64,000 bases of DNA from Basidiobolus meristosporus CBS 931.73 (Eukaryota > Fungi > Basidiobolomycota): positions 73,096 through 137,095 of the forward strand of contig MCFE01000189.1 of the NCBI GenBank assembly GCA_002104905.1, read 5' to 3'. How positions within the stretch are numbered: the first letter of the stretch is position 1; the number at the start of each line of letters is the position of its first letter. Shown here piece by piece: positions 13,701-25,547 of the stretch. The translations under genes and the position numbers were made by a program. The notes beneath the pieces are model-generated. The model saw only the letters and a list, made by a program, of their open reading frames with translations. It had not been told where the DNA came from and searched no databases.

Positions 13701-14903
13701 ATCAAGAAGATAATCCGTGATGAAGCCAGCAAATTTGTTGTACAGGATGAAACACTCTACCAAATTGTTGATAGAAGCCCTATTGCCTATTGTCCTTATG
13801 TTGCTTGCCTGGATTTAATACATAAGCTACACAAAGGATATGGACATCTTGGGATTGAAGGAACCTATAGCCTTGTGAAAGCCAGAGCATGGTGGCCCAG
13901 AATGAAACAAGATATTGAGAAGCTAGTGAAAACATGCCCAAACTGCCAAATCAATCAAGGCCAGCCACAAAGAATTGCCGAACTCTTCCCTTTGGAGCCT
14001 GTAAGACCATTTGAGAGATGGGGAATTGACTTTATTGGAAGACTGCCAACTACCAGGAAATGCAACCGTTGGATCCTAGTAGCTATTGACCATGCCACTA
14101 AATGGCCAGTTGCTAAAGCTGTACCAATAGCCAGTGAACAAGAAGTTGCAAGTTTCATTTACCATGAGATCCTGATGAAGTTTGGATGCCCTGTGGAGAT
14201 CTTATCCAATAGAGGTGCAAACTTTATGGCAAAGACATTAGAGGCTTACCTGGAAATGCAGCAGATCAGACACTTGAAAACCTTGGCATATCACCCCAGA
14301 ACTAATGGAGTCACTGAGCGGTTTAATGGATTATTTGGAAAAATGCTGACCAAGTATGCAAATGGAGTTGTCAGTAGATGGGATGAGTATATAGACCAAG
14401 CACTCTTTGCATGCAGAGTCAGAGTACACAACACCACCCAGCAATCACCATTTTACTTAGTTTATGGATGTGAACCAAGGATTCCAGGAGATCTCACACA
14501 ACCAAAGCTTACAGACATCTTAGAAGATGAACTCAGTCAGCCAAGTAGACACCAGCAACTAGAACAAAGACGTCAAGAGGCACAGACCAAAGTATCTCAA
14601 AGTGCAGAAAAGATGAAGCAGAGATTTGATAAGACTATAGCACCAGAAGCATTGACAGTTGGGAACTTTGTATTGCTAAGAAACAACACTTGGAAGAAGT
14701 TTGAGCCACAATGGACAGGACCATTCAAGATCATCAGAGAATGTCCATTTGCAACTTACCAACTGGTGGACAAACAAGGCAATATCCGAGAAGACTTAGT
14801 GCATAGGGACAGACTCAAGCTTGCAAGACTTGCTGATAATACTGAACCATCAAGATATTGGTATCACAAGAAAAGAGATCCAGGAGAACCCTCTCAACTT
14901 TAG
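10770..14903 (+). CDS. Gypsy gag-pol polyprotein, 1377 aa (gag, CCHC knuckle, protease, RT, RNase H, integrase)
   Basis: [14 protein letters not shown]; protease IDSG; [16 protein letters not shown]; RNase H TDAS..EKEMLA..TDH..ADALS; integrase [20 protein letters not shown]; PR-RT-RH-IN order. No chromodomain visible; second integrase Asp appears as Asn. Confidence 0.95.
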   Translation: MLDNQQWKNAMQQILAQQQQLLQILSQQQLGMTTMAQSQQSPVKSNFNVKVNRYHGRVNENLGTWLFQIEEAFKAKGIAPQSKLHYAAFYLADAALQWYHNKIRSATMMGCSTIPTWDECVSEIQDTFEPPHQQTLLRRKLKTLRQKGMVQEYIYEYRCLLGQIERMDPLDQVEYFIDGLKERTCKEVNYQRPQTIEEAIKIAIDYDSAMFGVGKPTVTNQKGYNHFERRQSEAVPMEIDALQKNPSSEECKKRGLCFNCHQQGHIAKYCPRRRNGHQPTRTFNHIESHEHSNVEEELEEDLELTFHMTGEYLSQMTSNLGKLLYLNGVINGVPAKIMIDSGVLHEKMSEQFALKAGINSEPTKSTSVSTADGNSHIINRITQPVRMKINDYEEDLQAYIFGNCKFDLVLGKTWLFCCNPSINWRTHATQIQKDNKTYELLPARLDFNLVNSSVCETSELSKTQFCRALRKGTQMFLMAVLQEDSSTPAPQQVQTLLKKYSDVFPDELVSLPPVRDVDHAIDTGDSPPVSKTPYRMSPLELEEMKRQIDQLLEQRYIRPSKSPWGAPVLFVKKKDGTLRMCIDYRALNSVTVKNKYPIPWIDELLDQLNGATIFSKIDLMSGYKQIRVKPEDIPKTAFRTRYGHYKYLVMSFGLTNAPATFMMLMQTVFQEYLDKFVIIYLDDILIYSKTEEDHVVHIEKVLKKLRENKLYGKLAQCEFFKEHVEYLGHIVTSTGVTLDPKKVEVIKNLKQPHSISELRSFLGMVSYYWRFVKSFASIAAPLADILKKDNTYKWDIACESAFQTLKNELAKLPSLRIPDFRKEFTLCTDASDYAIGEVLSQEHKGKDYPVAFESKKLNSAEQNYTVHEKEMLAIIHCLKTWRCYIEGVKCTVKTDHASLKYLFTQKVLTRRMTRWSEYIQQFDLEIVYCPGKNNTVADALSRLDQVAQLNLVHESDWPSLLPKYLEDQAIPNEVDEDIKKIIRDEASKFVVQDETLYQIVDRSPIAYCPYVACLDLIHKLHKGYGHLGIEGTYSLVKARAWWPRMKQDIEKLVKTCPNCQINQGQPQRIAELFPLEPVRPFERWGIDFIGRLPTTRKCNRWILVAIDHATKWPVAKAVPIASEQEVASFIYHEILMKFGCPVEILSNRGANFMAKTLEAYLEMQQIRHLKTLAYHPRTNGVTERFNGLFGKMLTKYANGVVSRWDEYIDQALFACRVRVHNTTQQSPFYLVYGCEPRIPGDLTQPKLTDILEDELSQPSRHQQLEQRRQEAQTKVSQSAEKMKQRFDKTIAPEALTVGNFVLLRNNTWKKFEPQWTGPFKIIRECPFATYQLVDKQGNIREDLVHRDRLKLARLADNTEPSRYWYHKKRDPGEPSQL

Positions 14904-14913
14904 TAGGGGAGAA

Positions 14914-15290
14914 TGTTATGATCTGCCGCTTGAATGTTTAAGTTAGATCAGTATTTAGTCAAATCAATTAGTATATGTTTAGGTTACAAGTATATCAGTA
15001 TTATCTATGAAATCAGTAGCATTAGTCAGCAAATGAATCAGCAGATCCTTATCAGACAGAAATAGATATATTAAGTAGGATCTTATTGGGTGATGATGAT
15101 GCAATCAAATGAGCCATCAGCCACAACCTACATTAGGAAATACAATTAGTCAGCAATTGATCTGGGAAAATGTATATAAGGAGCTGCTGGAACGTCAATA
15201 AAAATCAGTTCAAGTTTTAGTGAAAACAATACTAGCTAAACTCCCTATTCCTCTACAACTCTTATACTAAGACTTGTAACATTTGTAACA
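14914..15290 (+). repeat. Gypsy 3' LTR (377 bp)
   Basis: Direct repeat of the 5' LTR, about 8 differences; preceded by the PPT. Confidence 0.95.
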
Positions 15291-16423
15291 CTGCATCTAT
15301 GTGAGGAGTTTACAGTGGTATTTGGGCAATTATACCACAAGTATAGAGCTAAATATGCAGATCTCTGCCATTACTATGTCCATTCTTTACTCCATCTTAC
15401 TTGGTACATGGAGAATGCTGGACCCTGCTTCATTTTTTGGGGGTTTGCCATACCGCAGATATGTTGCAAGTTAGGAAGACAGGTCAAATTGCAGGTACTG
15501 CTATATCCTAATCTTGTCAATATATTGCCTACAAGGCTCTCATGGATATGTGAGTTAACACATAGAGGACAGCCCAAAATAGTTAGCTGCTGCTGAACAC
15601 AGATGTGGAGCTGGAGCCACCTTTGCATTTGGCATTAAGAAGATAAGCAGCCTCAATGTGTAGATAATCTATTCAGTAATACATGGAGGGGCCAGATGTC
15701 ACTAGCAACTAATTTTTATTAGGAAAGTTCTTCCAAAGTGTGCCAGGTTTCTCTTGGGTTTAAGCCAATATCTACACCACTAAATACCAAATAAATATAA
15801 TAAGAATCAAAGCACATCTATAAAGCAACTAGAATTCAGCAGGGCATAGGAATATATTGGCTAAGTACCAGAAACAATTTCTTGCCACTCAAGAGGTATT
15901 CATGGCAAAAGTTGTGGCAATCAAGCATGAATTTCAAGAAGTATGTGTTTCTAGCAACACAGGGTATTAGGCTATCTTGCAAGTACCCACTGAAGTGCCA
16001 CAGAGCAGTGGTGATGGTATTGTGAGGTCTGGTGATTCCAACTGTATATTTGCATGAATTAGTTGCTTAAAGCACCACCTACAAACTAGAGAATACTTAC
16101 CTAACTCCTTGTTTAAGTATAATTTTAACATATTTGCCAAAACATCAGATACCCAGAATATGCAATTTTGCACAATTAGCCATACAGCCCTATACTTTCC
16201 AATCTGTTCTTGGGGCTTTCCTAGGGTTGCTCTATATGCTTTTTTTGCTACAACCATGCAAAAATACTATTACAACTTTGCATACAATAAACCATAATCT
16301 GAATATTGAATAATATGCTGGTCTTTTGGATGAGTCAAAACTAAGCAAAAATAAAATACAATTTACTGATATTATAAAAGATATATATGGGTCTTGCATA
16401 CTTTTGACAGGTCCTTGACAAAA

Positions 16424-16530
16424 CAAGCATATAGAATATGCTTAGGAAGGCCCTAAGAGCATAACATACCAAGTTTGGGGCTGTTTGGACAAATTTGACA
16501 AATTCCAGTTCTGTGAACCTGATGTCTTGG
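16424..16530 (-). repeat. Short degenerate Copia LTR fragment
   Basis: aagcatatagaata..ggaaggccctaagagca..aagtttggggctgtttggacaa matches the LTR interior at ~22300-22370. Confidence 0.55.
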
Positions 16531-16649
16531 AAAATATGTATGTATCAATTTATCTGTGTAGCCAATGTACTCCCTATAGCTCCACCTATGAATTGCTGTC
16601 CAATAGCTATGTTTCTGAATAAAAGATATCCATATGTGTATCATGCATA

Positions 16650-16960
16650 TTATATAATGGATACTGTCTGATGATCTTGAATAGTCATGTCCATTGTAGC
16701 TCAAACCTCTTCTCAGTGCTGCTACTTAGCAATACAATGCTCCAAGCTCTCAAAGCCTCTGGTGAAGTAGTCATATCAAGTCTCCACTTCTTTGTTTTGG
16801 GACTTCAGAGATTTTGGTCTGTGCCTCCAGATACTGTGGTGGTGCAGAGTTACTTCTGGGAGAGGCTACACAACTCCAGGTGTGTGTGGTGTTGGATAAG
16901 TGTAGCAACCTTTGGGTTTAAACTGCTGGAGTCTTTGTCAATATGTCCCTATGATAGAGG
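16650..16960 (-). mobile_element. Degenerate Gypsy integrase C-terminal fragment
   Basis: Reverse complement aligns with 14560-14750 (gaggcacagaccaaa..ttgtattgctaag..gaagaggtttgagctacaatggaca..attcaagatcatcaga). Confidence 0.7.
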
Positions 16961-17049
16961 CACCTGCCTCTCTAGCTTAAGAAGTGCTCCAAGTGTCTCA
17001 AAAGGCCTCTGCATGTCTTTAGTGCCACCCTGAAAAGCTCCTTGATGGC

Positions 17050-19800
17050 AGGTCCAAGGTGTGACTGTGGAAAGTAGGTACAGTGATCAACTGCTAATCT
17101 ATAAGGGGAAAATATTACTGATAAAAGGGATAATATAATGATGAGGGATTGACTACCTTAAAATACTTTTCCTGACTTTGAAGTGATTACCAATGACAAG
17201 GTTTTATAAGGTTCCAGGCATTGGTAAATTTCTTGATGACATTACTACAAGCTAAAAATACTCCATGAAGATCATGGAAGGTTCTGAAAGGCCCAGCTCA
17301 TCCAATTAATCAGGGTCCAGTAGTCTGGGACCTGTGCAACAAAGAGATAACATATATGATATTGAAATGGTAGAGGTGGTGATGCAGACCTAGGGTATGC
17401 ACCTCAGATGCTGATGCAGGTACTTGCCTAATGTATATACATCTGGTGATCACAAAGCTGAATGACATTTGTGATAAATAATGTTGATAACAAACCAGGG
17501 TAAATGTGATATGGGTATAAAACTGGCAAAGTTGTCAGTGAGTTTTGGCAGTGTGTGATATCCTGGAACTGTTGGTTCTCATGCACACACTAAGAAAAAT
17601 GGCAATTGTTGGGTAGTGTTACACAGCCCAACTCTGCAGGCAAACAATGCTTGCTCAATAAACTTGACCCATCTACTTACAGCTCCATTTGCATACTTGG
17701 TCAGCATCTTCCAAGAATTCCCTCAAACTTCTTGGTGACTCCATTAGTTGTAGGTTTATATGCTGAGGTTTTTAAGTATATTCAGATCTGCCCAAACTAC
17801 ATGTTCTGGTTGTAGCTCTGCAGACACTGACAATTGCCTACTTGCCTGAGAGCCTGAGTAGTCCACAATATTACCTTTAGTGGGTACACTGTCACTATGG
17901 TCTTTTTGGATGCAGCCACACTTGTTGAACTGAGTGTCAAAGCCTTCTGAAAACTCTTATGAAGTGATAGCTCCAAAGCAGAAGGCTCTGTGATAGATTG
18001 TGAGCCTACCTCACCTCACAACAGTACCCTGCATAGACCCAGTAACAACAATATTTGATGAGATAACACATGTTGAAAAAAGTGCAAAGGATAGTTTATG
18101 GAGCCAAGTAAACACAAGATTCATCTACTAGTGATTGATGCAATGATGCGGCTAGAAAAGTGGTATGCTTCCACCAGTATCAGTAATGGAAGCTTGTAGG
18201 ATGTATTATTTCTTTTTGCAAAAGAATCCTGGGATGCTACTAACACTCTATCTAATGATGGTCTTGCTGCTATTAGGGCCCAAATCCTTGTTTGACCTGA
18301 ATACCTACCTGTATCTAGTGCTAGATAATTTTATATGCTTTCTGGTGGGAGACCAATAAATGGAAATCATGTGAAAGTGCTTATTGTTATGTACAATAGA
18401 TATACCCCAGCCCTCAACAAAGTAGCCAGCTTTTCTTTGCTCAGTAGATGCTATTGCTGCCACATTTGTGAGATTCAGGGGATATATTCCATATTTCACA
18501 TATATGATTATTATCTAAATACTAGCACTCACCATATCATTTTGTCACCAAGAGAGCGGACAGAAGTAAGCTTACAGTTGCAGCAAAGTTGGCCAGCTAC
18601 AAATCATTGGCCAAAGCATGAAACTAATTGGAAACTAGAAACAAAAGGATAAAAGGAATCAATTGGATCAAAAGCTTATCACTGCAGCAATGCATTTGCT
18701 CCTCAATAATATCCCATAGTAAAGACCAAGTGATACGTAGGCCATTTCAAACTAAATGTACCCTTTGAGATACTGCAGAAATCTTAAGGAATTGACATGA
18801 TTTTACAGAGCATCTGCTTTGCAAAGTGCTTCACACATTTTCCAATCAATATTTATATGTATTTGCACTTATATGAATGCAAGGACTGGATGAACTGGCT
18901 ATTAATCTATTCAGGTGGCCCTTTGAAGCTATATCTATCAGGAGTGCATTGGAAGTATTGAGAGTGTTATGTTGACATGATTGGAATATTTATCCAGGAG
19001 TAGATCTCCAATCCAAACTTGATGCATCTGCAGCTTTTATGCATGGAGTTTGTAACAGGATTTGAGGTGCTATACTACAAGCATACAGCAGATTGCATGA
19101 TCACTGCTGCTACTGCATCCATTCTCTACTCCATCTTGCTGGTGTTCACAATATGTTAGGCCTAACCTCATCAGTTAGGAGCTTCCTGTGGAGTGATAGA
19201 TGCTAAGTTAAGTTGCAGGTACTCTCATAACTCAATATCATCAAGAATAAAGCTTTCAAGTCCATTGTGGATATAACAAGTTGACACATGGAAAATAGTT
19301 ATGAAGAGTTCAAAATACTGAGTACAGATGTGCTCATAGAGGCACCTATACCGTTGGCATAAGGAAGCTAAGCAGCCCCAAAATGCAGGTAATCAGATGA
19401 GTAATGCAAGGTGGGCTGGACACATTAAGTATCTGATTTCATAAGGACAACTCTACCAAAGTATACTGCCTTTCACCTGGTAACAAGTCAATTTCTATGC
19501 CAATTAATATGGATTTCACACAAACAAGACCCTCAGTACATCTAGCAGTGGACTAGAGCTCAGCAGGGAAAAGTAATACCTTGGCTAAGTACTAAAATTT
19601 CTTTTGCAGATATTCAGAGGTATCCATGTACAAAAATGTTTGCAATCAAGCATATGCTTGCCAGATGCATGTATTACCAGCAACACAAGGTATATAGCAA
19701 TCTTGCAAGTTTTATACTGATAAGCAGTATAGATGAGGTGATACAAGTGTGCAAGTTGCATTGGATGAGTCTATGTAGAGGCTAGAAGGCAGGAGGCTAT
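17050..19800 (+). mobile_element. Decayed CACTA-like transposase copy
   Basis: 18730-19750 aligns with 10030-10335 plus 15291-15960 and with the reverse complement of 7200-8170; no intact ORF; left boundary uncertain. Confidence 0.55.
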
Positions 19801-20161
19801 ATTGATCTTTACTGCAGAAGAAATATGATAGGATCATAGATCTAAGAAAAGGTAGCAAATTCCAAGCTTTAAATGACCATTACAATGACTCAGACTAGTC
19901 CAGAATTGCTAAGTGAGCTTTTGGCTACTTATTAATGCAAATAGTCCAATATTTAAGCAATCCAAATATTGTCAAGTTTTTAGCTGTGTTTACCAGTAGA
20001 ATCAAGATACCATCACAACCCAACCATAAGATTATGCAGACTCTGAGGCTGCTACATAGAGCTGAAACCTGTCTGTAAGGCAATTCAGGATAGTAAATAT
20101 CACATCTATTTAGGTGGTTAATATACCCACAGATTCCATCCCATCAACAAATAAAATAACC

Positions 20162-20950
20162 TAAGATGATTTACTGGTTAAATGTTTAGGTTAGATCAGT
20201 TATTAGTCAAAGCAATTAGTTTTATGTTTAACCTATCAGTTTATCAGTGTTATCTATCAAATCAGTAGTATCAGTCAGCATATGCATTTGCAGATCCTTA
20301 TCAGACAGAAATAAATATATGAGTTGGATCTAATTTGGTGATGATGATGCAATTGAATGAGTCATCAGCCCTAACCTACATTAGGAATTACAGATAGTCA
20401 GCAACCAACCTGGCCAAATGTATATTAGGAGCTGCTGGAACCTTGATAAACATCAGTTCAAGTTTAAGTGAATACAATACTAGCTAAACTCCTAATTCCT
20501 CTACTGCTCATATATCAAGACTTGTAACATTGGTAGTAGCAGTAACTTGAAGCCTCCCTCAAGATGTCAGAAAATTAAGAATGGAAGAATGCTATGCAGC
20601 AAATTTTGCCCAAACAGCAACTGTTATGCCAGATCCTCAGCCAGCAGCATCAAGAAATGACTACCATGGCCCAGAACCAGCAAAGCCCTGTCAAGAGCAA
20701 CTTTAGTGTGGGGTAATACTATTAATATGGGCACAATAGAATGGGATAATACCAATGAGATAAAGTATGGATAAGTGCATCATAATAGCCATATAGATAA
20801 ATCTGTGTGTGGGAGGTATGTTGACCCTACCATACCTGTGCTATGGTAAAGTCAATGAAGACCTGGGAACTTGGCTCTTTCAAATTGAAGAAACTTTTAT
20901 GGCTAAAGGAACTGCCCCAGAAAGCAAATTACCTTATGCAGATTTTTTTT
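20162..20950 (+). mobile_element. Older Gypsy copy: degenerate 5' LTR (20162-20529), PBS and start of gag, truncated
   Basis: LTR aligns with 10336-10711 with many substitutions; ttggtagtagc PBS; gag start aligns with 10770-11035 with a ~125 bp insert at ~20710-20835. Confidence 0.85.
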
Positions 20951-22178
20951 CTGATTGTTTGAGTACCCATAGAGATTTTTAAGCTTGCAGACCAAATAGA
21001 GGTTATCTTGGTCCACAAACCCATCAGGCTGGTCCATATACATGTCCTCATCAAGTTCTTTGTTCAAAAGTGCAGTTTTTATATCCATTTGATGAATAAA
21101 AACTTATATTTGGCTGCAATAGTCAACAGAAATCTGAGGAATTAAACTTAGCTACCACTGCAAAGGTCTCAGTATAGTCAAGTCCTTTTGTTTGAGAGTA
21201 TCCTTTGGCCACAAGTCTTGCTTTGTATCTTTCAATTGTACCATTGGCCTTGTATTTTGTCTTAAAGACCCATGTGCATCCAATTGATTTTTGGTTAATT
21301 GGTAATTTGACCAAGTCCAAAGTTTATTTTTCCATTAGGGCCTGATATTCCTCAGTAATTGCATATCTCCAAAACTTTGTCTAAGGGCTATATATGACCA
21401 TCTTTGCAGTCTGGGGCTCATCATTATGGACAGAATAGGCATAGGCTAAGTTTGTACCCTCATTGATTTAGTAGTTTGGGCAATTTCTTGTCTGATTGGA
21501 TCTCCAGGCATTTGATACTGGAATGATTACTTCTGTGATATTCCAGGGTACTGATTCTGGTGGAACCACAGTTTTAGAGTCCTCTGGAGTGAAAAAGTTC
21601 TCATTGTTTTGCTCTAATTCAATTCTGACTCTTGGTGGACTTGAGATCAAATTTTTGTCATCATCTGATGTCATTTTTTGTGAAAATTCTGCATTTACAT
21701 CAATTAACAAATTGCTGGACATGAATAACTTCTTTGCTATGGTGTTGCTTAGGCTGTATGCCTAACTCTTGTTGCAGTAGCCCCAAAGTTTATATTTTAC
21801 ACTTTTTGGCTCAAATTTTGACTAACTTCTGGGCAGTTTCTTGGCATATGCTGTAAACCCAAGTCTTCTTAGATGTTCTGTACTTGGTCTGTATCCATAC
21901 CATGCTTCAAATGGAGTGGAATCACATATTACTCTGTCATGACTCCTGTTTTTAAGGTATACAGTTGTGGCAACTGATTCCATCTAAAGATCATAGGATA
22001 ATTTTTAATCATAAATCATAGATCTTGCCATAACAATTATTGATCTGTTAGCACGTTCTACTACTCCATTTTGCTGCAGGAAGTATGATACAGTAGTCTC
22101 TTGCTTTACCCCATGAATTTTGTAGAAGTGGATGAAGAGCTTGAGGTATATTTTTCACCATTGTCAGAGCATGTTTTC
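20950..22178 (-). mobile_element. Degenerate Copia integrase-RT fragment (host of the LTR at 22179)
   Basis: ORFs 21123..21320 ([19 protein letters not shown]) and 20903..21088 (MDIKTA..DMYMDQPDGF); broken inside the integrase SDNGGEY region at 22178. Confidence 0.85.
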
Positions 22179-22526
22179 TGTTGTAAGAGTCTTGGAGATA
22201 TTGGAAGTGATTGAGAGAACACGTAGATTATGTAGTTTTCACTTAATGATTAATTGAATGTAAAAGTAGTATTTATACTCTTACATGGTATTGGCATAAC
22301 AAACACATAGAATAGGTCAAGAAAGGTCCCAAGAACATGTGTGCAAAGTTTGGGGCTGTTTGGACAACTTGAGAATTTCATGTTCTGGGTACTTGGTATT
22401 TTGGTGAAAATATTCTAAGTAAATCCCAACAAGGAGTTTGGTCAGTATTCACTAGGATTAGAGGATAATAATCTAAGTGACTAATTTAGGTGAGTATTTA
22501 GGTGGAATTACAAATTTTTTGCAACA
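22179..22526 (-). repeat. Copia 3' LTR of outer element (348 bp)
   Basis: tgttgtaagag...tttttgcaaca followed by ctcccactcagc (PPT on the minus strand). Confidence 0.92.
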
Positions 22527-25500
22527 CTCCCACTCAGCTAAATGTTCATACTGACTAGTCCTAATTTTGACCTAAGATATTCAAATTTGTCTCTAGCTAA
22601 TGGTTTGGTAAATATATCTGCAATCATTCCATCTGAAGGGCAGTAGACTAAGCTAACTAAGTTATTCTTTATAGCTTCACATATGAAATGATGTCTAATA
22701 TCTATGTGCTTAGCTCTAGTATGAAAAGTTGGATTTCTACCTGATTTTATACATCCTTGATTTTCTTGAAATAAAGTAATAGGAATTTTTTGACATAGGC
22801 CTAAATCTGTAAAAAGCTTTCTTAGCCATATTGCTTCTTTTTTAGCTTCACATGCAGTCATATGCTCTGCCTCTGTGGTAGAAAGTGCAATGGTTGGTTG
22901 CTTTCTTGAATTCCATGAAATTGCTCCTTTACAGTACAGAAAGGTGTATCCTGTGGTGGATCTTCTGTCTTCTAAATTTTGTCCCCAATCAGCATCAGAG
23001 TATCCCACAAGATCTTGTTCTGAATCCTTATAAGTGTATCTTAAGCAGATATCCGCAGTTCCTTTGAAATGTCTAAAAATCCTTGTAACTGCTGTAATAT
23101 GATCAGATCCATAGTTCTAATTATGTTGGCTGAAAATTCCTACTGAATGTGAGATATCTGGACATTTTCCAAGCATGATATACATCAGACTGCCAATCAT
23201 AGAATGATAAGGAAATTCAGGGCTTTCAGATGGCACTAAGCTCTCTTGATTTGGTTGAGTTTTGACCAAGTTAAGGTTTGTCTCCATTGGGGTAGCTGCT
23301 GGTTTACAGTCTTCCATTTGGTACTTCTTTAGTATATCTTGAATATACTTGGACTGGCTTAGGGTGATAGTCTGGGTACTTCTGTCTATGTAGAACATGG
23401 ACCCTAAGTAGTAACTGAGTTCTCCTAGATTGGACATCTTGAACTCCTTAGATAAGCTGGATTTAGCCTCTTCCAATGTTTCTAGGTTATTGGCATCTAT
23501 AATAAGATCATCCACATAGAGAGCTAATAGAACTGGATTTGCTCTATCTGGCTTGCAGTATATATTATAGTCAGCATTACTCCTTTTGAAACTCAAAGAT
23601 TCTAAATAAGAATCTATCTTGCAATTCCAGGCTCTTGGGGATTGTTTGAGACCATAGAGTGACATTTTAAGTTTGCAGACCAAATGGGGGTTATCTTGGT
23701 CAGCAAGCGCATCAGGCTGGTCCATATGCACATCCTCATCAAGTTTTCCATTCAAAAATGCAGTTTTTATCTCCATTTAATTAATAAAAAACTTATATTT
23801 GGCTGCAATAGCCAATAGCAATCTGATGGAATTATAGTTGGCTACCAGTGCAAAGGTCTCAGCATAGTCAAGTCCTTTTGCTTGGGAGTTTTCATTGGCC
23901 ACAAGTCTTGCTTTGTTTCTTTCAATTGTACCATTGGCCTTATATTTTGTCTGGAAGACCCATCTGGATCCAATTGATTTTTGGTTGATTGGTAATTTAA
24001 CTAAGTCCCAGGTTTGATTTTCCATCAGGGCCTGATATTGCTCATTCATTAAATATCTCCAAAACTTTGTCTGAGGGCTATTAAGGGTCAATTTTGCAGC
24101 CTGGGGCTCATCAATATGGACTGAATAGGGATAGGCTAAGTTTGTACCCTCATTGATATGGTAATTTGGGCTATTTCTTGTCTGATTGAATTTCAGGGCA
24201 TTTGATACTGGAATGATCACTTCTGGGATATTCCTGGGCACTGATTTTGGATGAACCATGGTTGTAGAGTCCTCTGGAGTAAAAAATTACATTTTTTGCT
24301 CAGATTCAATCCTGACAATTGGTGGACTTGAGATCAGATTTTTGTCATCATCTGATGTCATTTTTTGTGAAAATTTTAAATTTTCATCAAACAACGCATC
24401 ATTAGACTTGATTAGCTTCTTTGCATCAGTATTGTAGAGTCTGTATGCTTTACTCTTATTGCAGTAGCCTAAAAATATGCATTTTATACTTTTTGGCTTA
24501 AATTTTGACTGATTTCCAGGCACTCTCCTGGCATATGCTGTACACCCACATATTATTAGATGTTCTGCACTTGATGTGTATCCATACCATGCTTCAAATG
24601 GAGTAGAACCACAAAGCATTCTGTTATAACTCTTATTCTTAAGATATATTGCAGTAGCAACTGATTCTGCCCAAAAATCATAGGATAATTTTTGATCATG
24701 GATCATAGATCTTGCCATATCAATTATTGATCTGTTAGCACATTCTGCTACTCAATTTTGCTGTGCAGGGTATGGTATAGTAGTCTCTTGCTTTATCCCA
24801 TGAATTTTGCAGAAGTGGATGAAGAGTTTTGAGCTATATTCTCCACCATTGTCAGAGCATATTTTCTTCATTTTTTCACCAGTTTCTCTCTCAACCATGG
24901 CTTTAAGCTCCCTGAACTTAGACAGAGCTTCTTCCTTTCTCTCCATGAAGAAGACCCATGTGTATCTTGTAAAATCATCAATAAAGATGATTAAATACTT
25001 CATCCCACCTAAGGATAGACTTTGCAAAGGTCCACAGAGATCTGAGTGAATTAGATCTAATTTTTTCTTAGTTTTGATCAACCCAAAGCTCTTAAACGGT
25101 TGTCTGGCTTGTTTCCCATCTATGCAGGCTTCACAGTGCTCCAAATTAGCTGGGATTAATTTTTACTCCAGAAGTTAGCTGATCTTTGATCATTTTGCCC
25201 AAATCATCAAATTTGATGTCCCCAAATCTCCTGTGCCAAAGCGTTGGTGTTTTTTCATTTAATTTACTTATACTGGCTTCCAAATATGATGGAATATAAG
25301 TCAACTTGTATAGATTCTGATGTCTGATACCCAAAGCAATATGGGCACCATTTTGATCAGTGATTATGCATCCAAAATTGTCAAAGTTGAAACTGAGACC
25401 TTCTGCAGTGGTCATGCTTACAGATAGTAGGTTCTTGGCTATTTCTGGTACATAGAGTACTTCATTAAAGGTCAGTGTATGGCTTCCTTCACTGCTTCTT

Positions 25501-25547
25501 AGGTTTACTTTAATAGTTCCTTCTCCCACTGCTTCAAGTGTTCTATC

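Larger units (their letters stand above)
10336..15290 (+). mobile_element. Full-length Ty3/Gypsy LTR retrotransposon (~4955 bp)
   Basis: TG..CA LTRs at 10336-10711 and 14914-15290; PBS TGGTAGCAG 10713-10721; PPT AGGGGAGAA 14905-14913; 4-bp TSD CTGC (10332-10335 and 15291-15294); single gag-pol ORF. Confidence 0.97.
10030..15960 (+). mobile_element. Decayed CACTA-like transposase split by the Gypsy insertion (10030-10335 and 15291-15960)
   Basis: Both flanks align with the reverse complement of 7200-8170 and with 18730-19750; ORF 15315..15596 HSLLHLTWYMENAGPCFIFWGFA..CKLGRQVK..YPNL. Removing the Gypsy and one CTGC restores colinearity with 19021-19050. Confidence 0.65.

Noticed and set aside
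11444-14158. Short antisense and alternate-frame ORFs inside Gypsy gag-pol
   Set aside because: Entirely overlap the 1377-aa ORF; no independent signals.
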